Assembly (NCBI GenBank): GCA_963724295.1
Contig: CAVRUC010000013.1
Coordinates: 416,001 to 480,000 of the forward strand
Direction of reading: 5' to 3'
Length of the DNA stretch: 64,000 nucleotides
DNA from: an uncultured Chloroflexia bacterium
GTDB taxonomy: Bacteria > Chloroflexota > Chloroflexia > Thermomicrobiales > UBA6265
Below, piece after piece: positions 38,043 through 46,382 of the stretch. How positions within the stretch are numbered: position 1 is the stretch's first letter; every line of letters begins with the position of its first letter. The translations under genes and the position numbers were made by a program. The notes under the pieces are model-generated. The model saw only the letters and a list, made by a program, of their open reading frames with translations, ran no database searches and was not told where the DNA came from.

Positions 38043-39164
38043 ATGAAATCCGCGCTGGTCACCGGAGGCGCCGGACTCATCGGCTCGCACATCGTCGATG
38101 GCGCGCTGGCCGCCGGCTGGGATGTGCGCATCCTCGACAACCTGCAACGCCAGACCCACCGCGAGGGCAAACCGGACTGGGTGCCGCCCGAGGTCGACTT
38201 CATCAAGGGTGATGTTCGCAACCGCCGGACCTGGGAGCAGGCGCTGGACGGGATCGACGTCGTCTTCCACCAGGCGGCCTATGGCGGCTACATGCCGGAG
38301 ATCGCCAAGTTCATCGACAGCAATGGGGTTGGCACGGCATTGATGCTGGAGACGATCCGCGACAAGAACCTGCCCGTGCGCAAGGTCGTCGTCGCCTCGT
38401 CGCAGGCCGTCTACAACGAGGGAGCCTACCGTTGTCCGGAGCATGGACGGTTTTATGGGACGACCCGCCCGATCGCCCAGCTCGAGCGCGGCGATTGGGA
38501 TGTCCGCTGTCCGCTCTGTGGCGCTGCCGCCACAGCCGTCCCGACCGACGAGGCGGCGCCGACCGGCGGTGAGAATGTCTACGCCATCTCGAAGCTGGTC
38601 CAGGAGCGGCTGGTCATCAGTTGGGCACGAGCCACAGGCATCCCCGCCGTCGCGCTTCGCTACTCCTGCACCTACGGCCCGCGGCAATCGCTCTTCAACC
38701 CGTACACCGGGGTGATCGCCATCTTCTGCACTCGCCTCGCCAACGATCTACCGCCCGTCGTCTACGAAGATGGCCGGCAGTCACGCGATCTGATCTTTGT
38801 CGAGGATGTGGCGCGGGCGAACCTGCTCGTTGCCGACGATCCGCGCGCTGATGGGCAGGTCTTCAACGTCGGGACGGGACAGGCCGCGGCCATCGGCGAC
38901 CTGGCCAGGCTGCTCGCGGAGCGGCTGGGCAAGCCGATCGCGCCGCTGCTCCCCGGCGAGTTCCGACCGGGCGAGATGCGGGCCCTGATCTCCGACGCCT
39001 CCCGCATCGGGGCGCTGGGGTTCGCGCCGCGCACGAGCCTGGGAGAGGGGATCGACCGCTACCTCGATTGGGTGCGCACGCAGGGGTCGATCGGTGAGTA
39101 CTTCGCCGCGGCGGAGCGGATGCTCCGCCGCCGTCGCGTGGTGAAACCGTCGGCGGCGCGATGA
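38043..39164 (+). CDS. NAD-dependent epimerase/dehydratase with CxxH...CxxC insert
   Basis: TGGAGLIG, YAISK, YGPRQ, RDLIFVEDVA; CPEH/CPLC insert. Confidence 0.9.
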   Translation: MKSALVTGGAGLIGSHIVDGALAAGWDVRILDNLQRQTHREGKPDWVPPEVDFIKGDVRNRRTWEQALDGIDVVFHQAAYGGYMPEIAKFIDSNGVGTALMLETIRDKNLPVRKVVVASSQAVYNEGAYRCPEHGRFYGTTRPIAQLERGDWDVRCPLCGAAATAVPTDEAAPTGGENVYAISKLVQERLVISWARATGIPAVALRYSCTYGPRQSLFNPYTGVIAIFCTRLANDLPPVVYEDGRQSRDLIFVEDVARANLLVADDPRADGQVFNVGTGQAAAIGDLARLLAERLGKPIAPLLPGEFRPGEMRALISDASRIGALGFAPRTSLGEGIDRYLDWVRTQGSIGEYFAAAERMLRRRRVVKPSAAR

Positions 39165-39904
39165 GCCAGTCGGAGCGCTCGCTACCGACCATCGGGGTCG
39201 TCATCCCGGCCCTCAACGAGGAGGCCACCATCGCCGATCAGGTCACCGAAGTCCTCGCCGTAGCCGGGCGGCTCGATCTTCCGGCACGTATCGAGCGGGT
39301 CGTTGTCGTCGACAACGGTAGTACCGATCGGACTGCGCAGCGGGCAGCGGCCGCCGGAGCAACTGTGGTTTCCGAACCGCGCCGGGGGTATGGGCGCGCC
39401 TGCTTCACGGGCGTCCTGGCGGCCGGTGATGTCGATCTCATCGTCCAGATGGATGGGGACCGTAGCGATCGTTTCGACGAACTGCCGCTGTTGTTGCAGC
39501 CACTCCTCGCCGGTGAGGCAGATCTCGTCATCGGCTCGCGCACGCTCGGCTCCTATGAGCCGGGTTCACTCTTGCCGCAGCAGCGCTTCGGCAACTGGCT
39601 GGCGGCACAGCTTCTGCGGCTGCTCTACGGTGTGCGTGTCACCGACATCGGCCCGTTTCGGGTGATTCGCCGCCGCGATCTCCTCGCTCTGGGGATGCGG
39701 GAGATGACCTACGGCTGGTCGGTCGAGATGATCGCGCGGGCGGTGCGGAACGGCCTGCGGGTGCGGGAGGTGCCGGTGACCTACCGGCGACGAGCAGGCG
39801 GAGAATCAAAGGTCAGCGGGAACCTCATGGCCTCGGTACGAGCGGGCGCGCGGATCACCGCCACGATCTTACGCTGCCGTCGCGACAGGTCCGCTCCGGT
39901 GTGA
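39161..39904 (+). CDS. GT2 glycosyltransferase (polyprenol-phosphate sugar synthase-like)
   Basis: IPALNE, VDNGSTD, EPRRGYG, MDGD, DLVIGSR, ESKVSG. Confidence 0.9.
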   Translation: MSQSERSLPTIGVVIPALNEEATIADQVTEVLAVAGRLDLPARIERVVVVDNGSTDRTAQRAAAAGATVVSEPRRGYGRACFTGVLAAGDVDLIVQMDGDRSDRFDELPLLLQPLLAGEADLVIGSRTLGSYEPGSLLPQQRFGNWLAAQLLRLLYGVRVTDIGPFRVIRRRDLLALGMREMTYGWSVEMIARAVRNGLRVREVPVTYRRRAGGESKVSGNLMASVRAGARITATILRCRRDRSAPV

Positions 39905-39919
39905 GCGGCACGGTGCAGG

Positions 39920-40004
39920 TGTCATTCCGAGTTGCACGAGGAATCTCGTCGTTTGTCGCGGTGGTGCGCCGGAAACGAAATCCTTCGCTGGCGCTCAGGA
40001 TGAC
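39920..40004. repeat. TGTCATTCCGAG...GAGGAATCT...GGATGAC REP-like element
   Basis: Terminal gtcattc/ggatgac inverted ends; the same motif recurs at 48495-48683. Confidence 0.7.
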
Positions 40005-40024
40005 CCTGCTGGCGTGGTGGCCGC

Positions 40025-41866
40025 ATGACCGCGGAGAGCCAGACCGCGCCCCCGGTGTCGCGCACTCCCGGAGTCGGAACTCGACGCGTGGCAGTAACCG
40101 CCACCCAGATCGTTACCTGGATGCGGGCCAACTGGGCGCTGCTCGCCGTCTACGTTGCGTTCGCTCTCGCGGCGGTCGTGGTGCCGACGCTGGCGCCGGT
40201 AGCGACGACCGATGACTGGGCCTATGCGCGCTCGGCGCAGATCCTGCTCGACGAGGCGCGTCTGACGATCTTCCCCGTCGTGGCAGCCACCGCGGTGTTC
40301 CAGATCGTCTGGGGAGCGCTCTTCGGATTCATCTTCGAGCCAACGCTCGGCATCTTCCGGCTGTCGACAGTGGTCATCACGGCGCTGGGAGGGCTGGCGC
40401 TCTACGGACTGTGCCGGGACCTCGGCGTCGCCCAAGGGCGAGGCGCGCTCGGCGTGGCGACGTTCCTCTTCAATCCGCTCGTCTTCGTGCTCGCGTTCAC
40501 CTTCATGACCGACGCCCATTTCATGGCGCTCCTGGTCATCGCCACCTGGCTCTACGCGAAGGCGCTCGCGCCGGAAGAGGTCGACGGCCGGCTGCTCGTC
40601 GCCGGGTCGGGTGTGGCGGCGCTGGCTTTCCTCAGCCGGCAGCAAGGGATATTGATCGCTCCGGCGGTCTTGCTGTTTCTGCTGCTCTCGCGACGGTTGC
40701 GCCGCGACCGGACCAGCCTCCTGGTCCTGGTCCAGCTCTTTGCCCCGCCACTGCTGGCGGTGGGTGGCTACTACCTCTGGCTCCGCTACGGAAACGACGT
40801 GCCGCAGGTCCAATCGACGTTCTTTCGCGAGATCCTGGAGGAGGGCTGGAGCGGTACCTGGTGGCTGGTGCGGCGATTGACCGTCGTCGAGTTGATGTAC
40901 GTCGGCTTCTTCGCGCTGCCGCTCATTGCCGCCGCGTTGCCAGGGGTGCGCGGGCTCGTACGCGCGACCGCTACTCGTGGGTGGATCCTGTTTGCGGCGT
41001 GGCAAGCGATCCTTCTTGTCGGCGTCTCGGCATTCTGGGCACGCGGCGCGCTCATGCCCTACATCGGGCAGTTTTCCGGCTCGGGCGGGCTGGGAGCTCC
41101 GGATGTCCTCGGCTCACGTCCGATCCTGCTCGGTCCCGAGATTCGCTCGGTGCTGACCGTCGTCTGTCTCATCGCGTCGTTGTTGCTGGCATTGATCGCG
41201 GCGCGGGGGATGAATGCTCCGCCATCGCGCGACCGCTCGCGCGCCGGGCTCGTGCTCAGCATCGGCCTTTTGCAGGTGCTGGGAGTGATGCCCCCCTCGT
41301 ACCACTACATCGGCTGGGCCGCCGGATCGTTGGACCGCTACCTGCTCCCCCTCGTGCCGCTCACGATTGCGCTGGCGCTCTGGGCGCTGCGCGGCGTGCG
41401 GATCGCCCTCCCCTTGGGATGGATCGTCGTCGCGGCACTGGCGCTCTTCTCGATCGCCGGCACGCGCGACTATCTCGTCTTCATGCGTGCGGTGTGGGCC
41501 ATGGGTGAGGAGGCGACGGCGGCGGGAGTGCCGCTCGACCGGCTCGACGCCGGCTCCGGTTGGGACGGCTACCACCTCTACGAATACGGGCTGGAGCATC
41601 GTATTCGCTCGCGCACGCCGAAGGGCGGGCCGTGGTGGGTCTACTTTTATGCTCCCGCCACCGATTCGGCGTATGTCGTAGCCGGAAAACCACTTCCTGG
41701 CTACCACGTCATCAGGGAGCAACCCTATTCCTCCTGGTTGCAGCGGCAGCCAACGAACCTCTATCTCCTCCATCGCGCGGACGTGCCGTGGCCTCCTCTC
41801 CCCGCATCCAAGCAGATCGTGGCCCTCCCGGCTCCCGGCGGGCTGGCCACGGTGGTATCCCCTTAG
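40025..41866 (+). CDS. Polytopic GT-C glycosyltransferase (ArnT/PMT_2-like)
   Basis: TDDWAY acidic motif after TM1, FMTD, LSRQ, DRYLLP; about 12 TMs. Confidence 0.82.
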   Translation: MTAESQTAPPVSRTPGVGTRRVAVTATQIVTWMRANWALLAVYVAFALAAVVVPTLAPVATTDDWAYARSAQILLDEARLTIFPVVAATAVFQIVWGALFGFIFEPTLGIFRLSTVVITALGGLALYGLCRDLGVAQGRGALGVATFLFNPLVFVLAFTFMTDAHFMALLVIATWLYAKALAPEEVDGRLLVAGSGVAALAFLSRQQGILIAPAVLLFLLLSRRLRRDRTSLLVLVQLFAPPLLAVGGYYLWLRYGNDVPQVQSTFFREILEEGWSGTWWLVRRLTVVELMYVGFFALPLIAAALPGVRGLVRATATRGWILFAAWQAILLVGVSAFWARGALMPYIGQFSGSGGLGAPDVLGSRPILLGPEIRSVLTVVCLIASLLLALIAARGMNAPPSRDRSRAGLVLSIGLLQVLGVMPPSYHYIGWAAGSLDRYLLPLVPLTIALALWALRGVRIALPLGWIVVAALALFSIAGTRDYLVFMRAVWAMGEEATAAGVPLDRLDAGSGWDGYHLYEYGLEHRIRSRTPKGGPWWVYFYAPATDSAYVVAGKPLPGYHVIREQPYSSWLQRQPTNLYLLHRADVPWPPLPASKQIVALPAPGGLATVVSP

Positions 41867-41918
41867 CAATGACCACCTCCATCGCCAGCAGTTACACCAA
41901 CGGCCACGGCGCTCGCCG

Positions 41919-42650
41919 ATGAACGACGTACGGCGCCGGACGCCACCCGAGGGAGGACGTGGGCTCTTGCTGATCGCGGCCAGGGAGCCGGCGCCCGGGA
42001 TGGCAAAGACACGCCTCGGTGCGACCATCGGCATAGCGCCCGCCGCCGCCCTCTACGCCGCGTTCCTCGTCGATCTCGCCGCTCGTTTCACTCCCTGCCA
42101 GGACCAGGAATGGGAGTTCGACGTCGGCTGGGCCTTTACCCCGGCGAACGTCGATTTCGCCAATGTCCTGCAACGGATCGGCTGTGATCCACCACCGTCC
42201 GCGGTCCGCTTCGTGGCGCAGCACGGCGAGGGCTGGGATGTGCGGCAGGCCAACATCCTCACCTGGGCCCATGAGCAGGGCTACCAGCGGACGGTGCTCA
42301 TCGGCTCCGATTCGCCGCAGCTTCCGTTCGCCGTCGTGCGCGATGCCGTCGCCGCCCTGGCGGACCACGACGTGGCGATGGGGCGTACGCTCGACGGCGG
42401 CTACTACCTGATCGGAATGCGTGGGTTCCATGACGTCCTGACCGGCGTGCCGATGAGCACGGTCTCCGCCGCGGACGCCCTTGCCGCGCGAGCCAGGGAT
42501 CTCGGGCTGCGGCTGGCCGAGCTGCCCGTCACCTTCGATATCGACGAAGAGCGTGACCTGGAGCATCTGCGGCGCGCATTGGCTCCTAACGGTGATTCCG
42601 CACCCGCGACCTGGGCGGCGCTGCGGCGATTGGGACTAGATGAAGGCTGA
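41919..42650 (+). CDS. DUF2064/TIGR04282-like nucleotidyl/glycosyltransferase (CofC-like fold)
   Basis: AREPAPGMAKTRL, IGSDSP, G.TLDGGYYLIG, FDIDEERDL. Confidence 0.85.
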   Translation: MNDVRRRTPPEGGRGLLLIAAREPAPGMAKTRLGATIGIAPAAALYAAFLVDLAARFTPCQDQEWEFDVGWAFTPANVDFANVLQRIGCDPPPSAVRFVAQHGEGWDVRQANILTWAHEQGYQRTVLIGSDSPQLPFAVVRDAVAALADHDVAMGRTLDGGYYLIGMRGFHDVLTGVPMSTVSAADALAARARDLGLRLAELPVTFDIDEERDLEHLRRALAPNGDSAPATWAALRRLGLDEG

Positions 42651-42974
42651 TCTGGCGGCCCGCTCCCGCTCCGCTGCCATTTCAGCGCGTACTTCGGCGA
42701 AGGCCTTCTCCGTCTCATGCTCGATCTCCTCGGCAGGAACCCCTCGAAACGGCTCGCGCATGGATTCGAGCACTTGTCGGCGCTCGGCCCGTTCCTTGTC
42801 TAATCGGGCCAGCCGCTCGAGATCTTCGATGGACACCAGGGCAGCGACCGGGATGCCGGCCTTTTCGATGAGAACCCGCGTCTCTTTACGATAGACCTCG
42901 TTGACGAGACTGGAGAGCCTGGCCTTGACGTCAGAAATCTTCAGAGTTTGCCTTGCCGGTTCTTGCCCGTTCAT
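42636..42974 (-). CDS. Phd/YefM family antitoxin (no adjacent toxin)
   Basis: ISDVKARLSSLVNEV...VLIEKAGIPVAALVS. Confidence 0.85.
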   Translation of the reverse strand: MNGQEPARQTLKISDVKARLSSLVNEVYRKETRVLIEKAGIPVAALVSIEDLERLARLDKERAERRQVLESMREPFRGVPAEEIEHETEKAFAEVRAEMAAERERAARSAFI

Positions 42975-43010
42975 CCGAACTCCTCGAGATTGTTTCAGCT
43001 CGACTTATTT

Positions 43011-43040
43011 TGGTCAATTTTAGTCAATTGTAGTTGACCA
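43011..43040. promoter_or_regulatory. AT-rich operator-like inverted/direct repeat upstream of the antitoxin
   Basis: TGGTCAA-N16-TTGACCA with an internal GTCAATT direct repeat. Confidence 0.55.
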
Positions 43041-43135
43041 CTGACCCTCGTCCCCGGGGCCTGCTCTTTGAGCCACAGGCATACCTGTTGGACAATGCGA
43101 CCCGAAGTGGTCGAGTTGGAAAGACAGGAGTCAGC

Positions 43136-44017
43136 GTGCGTATCGGCGTGACCTTTCCCCAGATCGAGTTCGGCAACGATCCGGTCGCGATTCGCGACTA
43201 CGCGCAGACGATCGAGGGGCTGGGGTACACCCATTTCCTCGCCTACGACCACGTGCTCGGGGCGGACGCCTCCGTGCGGCCTGGTTGGAGCGGGTCGTAT
43301 GCATCCCAGAATCCTTTCCACGAGGTCTTCGTCCTGCTCGGCTATCTGGCGGGACTGACCACCTCTCTCGAGCTGGTGACCGGAGTGGTGATCCTGCCGC
43401 AACGGCAGACGGCCCTCGTCGCCAAGCAGGCGGCCGAGGTCGACGTCCTCAGCGGCGGCCGGTTGCGGCTCGGCGTCGGCGTCGGCTGGAACGAGGTCGA
43501 GTACCAGGGACTGGACAAGGACTTCAGCAACCGCGGCGCCCGCAGCGAAGAGCAGATCGCGCTCCTGCGCGCCCTCTGGACCTCACCGGTGATCACCTTC
43601 GAGGGGCAATGGGAGCGGATCGACGCCGCCGGCATCAACCCGCTCCCGGTGCAGCAACCGATTCCTGTCTGGATCGGCGGCTACGCCGAGGCGACCCTGC
43701 GCCGGGTAGGGCAACTAGGAGACGGCTGGTTCCCGTGGCGGGAGCCGAACGAGACGATGCGCGCGGCCATCGAGCGCATCCATCAGTACGCCAGCGAAGC
43801 CGGCCGCGATCCCAGCGCCATTGGCCTGGAGCCGCAGCTCAACGTCGGGCGAGGAACCCCTGAGGAATGGCGCGCCTTTGTCGCGGGATGGCGCGATCTG
43901 GGCGCCACCCACCTCTGCCTGAGCACCATGGGCAACGGCTTCACCACTCCCCAGGAGCACCTTTCCGCCCTGACGCGGGCGGGGCGGGAGCTTGGGGTCA
44001 GTGCGGTCCGCGGATGA
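43136..44017 (+). CDS. LLM-class (probably F420-dependent) oxidoreductase
   Basis: YDHV, VILPQR..LVAKQAAEVDVLSGGRLRLGVGVGWN..EY, IPVWIGG, GDGW. Confidence 0.9.
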   Translation: MRIGVTFPQIEFGNDPVAIRDYAQTIEGLGYTHFLAYDHVLGADASVRPGWSGSYASQNPFHEVFVLLGYLAGLTTSLELVTGVVILPQRQTALVAKQAAEVDVLSGGRLRLGVGVGWNEVEYQGLDKDFSNRGARSEEQIALLRALWTSPVITFEGQWERIDAAGINPLPVQQPIPVWIGGYAEATLRRVGQLGDGWFPWREPNETMRAAIERIHQYASEAGRDPSAIGLEPQLNVGRGTPEEWRAFVAGWRDLGATHLCLSTMGNGFTTPQEHLSALTRAGRELGVSAVRG

Positions 44018-44029
44018 CACAGGAGCGAT

Positions 44030-44818
44030 GTGAGCATGTCCGACCTCGTCTGGGGATCGAGCGAGGAAGCCCGCCTGGCCGCCATCCGCGACGACCTCGC
44101 CAACGTGAGCACCGCCACCGCCTGCCACCTGCTCATCGCTCTCGGCTGGCGCAACCCCTACATGCGCGGACTCTTGCCCTTGCGGGAGCTGGGTCTTGGT
44201 ACTCGCCTGGTGGGCCGTGCCCGCACCGGCCGCTATTTGATGCGCCGGGGGCCGGAGGGTCCGCTTGACCCCGCCGCCCGCCGGGTCTCCCCGGAGATCG
44301 TCCTGATCGAATCACTCGAGCCCGGCGACGTCGTCTGCATCGACGCGCTTGGGGTGCCGACCGCCGGCATCATCGGCGATATCCTCGCCGCTCGTATCCT
44401 GGGCCGTGGCGCGGCAGCGGCCATCATCCACGGTGCGGTTCGTGACGCGCCGTTCATTAAAGAGGTCGGGTTGCCGGTCTTCGCGGCCACGGTCCACCCC
44501 TCGCACAGCGGCCGTGACCTCGTCCCCGTCGATTGCGACCGGCCGATCAACATGGCCGGGTCCCAGGTGCTGCCGGGGGACGTCATTCTGGCCGACGACG
44601 AGGGCGCCCTGGCGATGCCGCTCGATCTGGCGGAGTACATCGCCGCGCACGGACCTGAGAAAGAAGCGTTGGAGATCTGGATCCGCGGCAAGGTTGCCGC
44701 CGGCGGATCGATTCACGATTACTACCCGCCCAGTCCCGAGAAGGCGGCGGAGTACATGGCGGAGACCGGACGCCAGGCGCCAGCAATCAACCCGCAGAAA
44801 GACGAGGCCTCACGTTGA
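44030..44818 (+). CDS. RraA/HMG aldolase family protein
   Basis: GIIGDILA, HGAVRD, VLPGDVILADDEG. Confidence 0.85.
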   Translation: MSMSDLVWGSSEEARLAAIRDDLANVSTATACHLLIALGWRNPYMRGLLPLRELGLGTRLVGRARTGRYLMRRGPEGPLDPAARRVSPEIVLIESLEPGDVVCIDALGVPTAGIIGDILAARILGRGAAAAIIHGAVRDAPFIKEVGLPVFAATVHPSHSGRDLVPVDCDRPINMAGSQVLPGDVILADDEGALAMPLDLAEYIAAHGPEKEALEIWIRGKVAAGGSIHDYYPPSPEKAAEYMAETGRQAPAINPQKDEASR

Positions 44819-44835
44819 AGATCACCGGCGACCCA

Positions 44836-45201
44836 TCAGAAGACCAGGACGTTGCTCGCTTCGGCGCAGCGGCGGGCGAGGTCGGGTGGCGTGGTGAAGG
44901 AAGCGTTCTTTCCCTCGAGATCGGCTTGCGAGACCCCACGGGCCTGCGCGCAGCCCCCTCAGACGAAGATAGCGATGCCTTTCTCCCCGATCTTCGTCAT
45001 TAGCTCCCGCAACGGCGGTAGGCCCAGCGGCGTCAACGTCTCGACGTACTGATCCTGGATCAACACGGCCGCATCGCCGGCCAGGTTGATCTCGGCCTCG
45101 ATGCCGGCCTCGGCGGCCCCATTGACGGCGAGGTGGAACGGCATGCAGGCCTTGGTCGGATCATCGGGTCCGTGCGTGGCGAGGTACATCAGCTTGGCCA
45201 T
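44836..45201 (-). CDS. DsrE-family selenoprotein (UGA=Sec at 44961-44959, UxxC motif), 121 aa
   Basis: RBS AGGGGAG. MAKLMYLATHGPDDPTKACMPF...LAGDAAVL...GIAIFV-U-GGCAQARGVSQADLEGKNASFTTPPDLARRCAEASNVLVF*; read-through completes the DsrE fold. Confidence 0.85.
44923..44955 (-). promoter_or_regulatory. Putative bacterial SECIS hairpin
   Basis: mRNA GGCUGCG-CGC-AGGCCC-GUG-GGGUCU-CGCAAGCC; G-led apical loop 20-22 nt after UGA. Confidence 0.6.
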
Positions 45202-45639
45202 CGTGACTCCCCCTAACGACGAAGACATGCCGGGTTGAAAGCCGGTGCGGACCATCTCCATCCGGTCCACCCGACGAATGTCAGTCTCGCACACACCAAC
45301 CAACGCGATGTCGGTTAAGAGATTCGAAAATCAGGATAGAGGCATATCGTAGCGGAACCATTCCGGCTGCCACCGCGTTGCAGACAATGAACGAAGGCGT
45401 TCCTCGGTCGAATTGGGCGCCGCCTCGCCCACCGGCCTGCACCTCGGGAATCCTCGCATTTTCCTCTGCTGAACCTCTTCCGGTGGCGAGTGCGGCGCCA
45501 CCGGCAGCGTCCCGCGGACTACTGCCAACCTGTCTGTTACCATCGACTCAGTGGACCGGCAGTGTGGTCCGTTCGCTCGTGGAGCGTGGGATAAAGCACG
45601 ACGTGAGCGAACGCGACGCCGAACTCGCCGCTTCCAGAC

Positions 45640-46357
45640 CCTCATCCAAACAGTCCTCTTGCTGGACGGCAATGTCGGCGGCCGCACCGTCAGCTTTACC
45701 GGTAATCCCGTGAGTAGCGTGCTGGCCATCATCGCCGTGCCGCTCTTCGTCATCTATTGCCTGATTGACGGGCCGAAGATCAGACGGCAAGTTCGTGGTC
45801 AGTCGCCACGGGCCGGGGCAGGCGACGCGCTCGCGTTGGTCCACATCTTCAGCCGGGTGATCGGATCGTACACGCGTGGCGTGATCGTCGAGTCGATCAT
45901 CGTCGGCGTGATCTCGGCCCTCGGCTACTACGTGATCGGCATCCAGGTCTGGCTGCCGCTGGCAGTAATCGCGCTGATCGGCGAGATCGTACCCATCATC
46001 GGGCCGTGGATCGCCTTCGTCATCTCTCTGCTGGTGATTCTGGCCACGCAGCCGGACAAGGCGCTCCTGGCCCTGGGGCTGTTCGTCATCATCCAGATCC
46101 TGGAGGTATTGGTCCTGACCCCGCGCATCCAGGGGGCCTCGGTCAACCTCACTCCGTTGGTAACGCTGGTCGCGCTGGCCATTGGTGGCGCCATCGGCGG
46201 TCCGCTGGGGGTGATCCTGGTACTGCCCGCGGTGGCGCTGACGCGCAACATCGCCTCCTACACCTCCTATCGGGCGGGAGGGTCCTCCCCCGCGCAGGCC
46301 ATGGCACGGCTGCCCTCACGCGGACGCCACCACGAGGGTGACAGGGCGTTAGAGTGA
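45640..46357 (+). pseudogene. AI-2E family transporter, 5'-truncated/degenerate
   Basis: C-terminal half is typical (IVPIIGP, PRIQG, GG..GGPLGVIL..P); the N-terminal TMs and a credible start are missing. Confidence 0.65.
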
Positions 46358-46382
46358 TGAGGAGTCAAGCGGCGGGTCGCAG

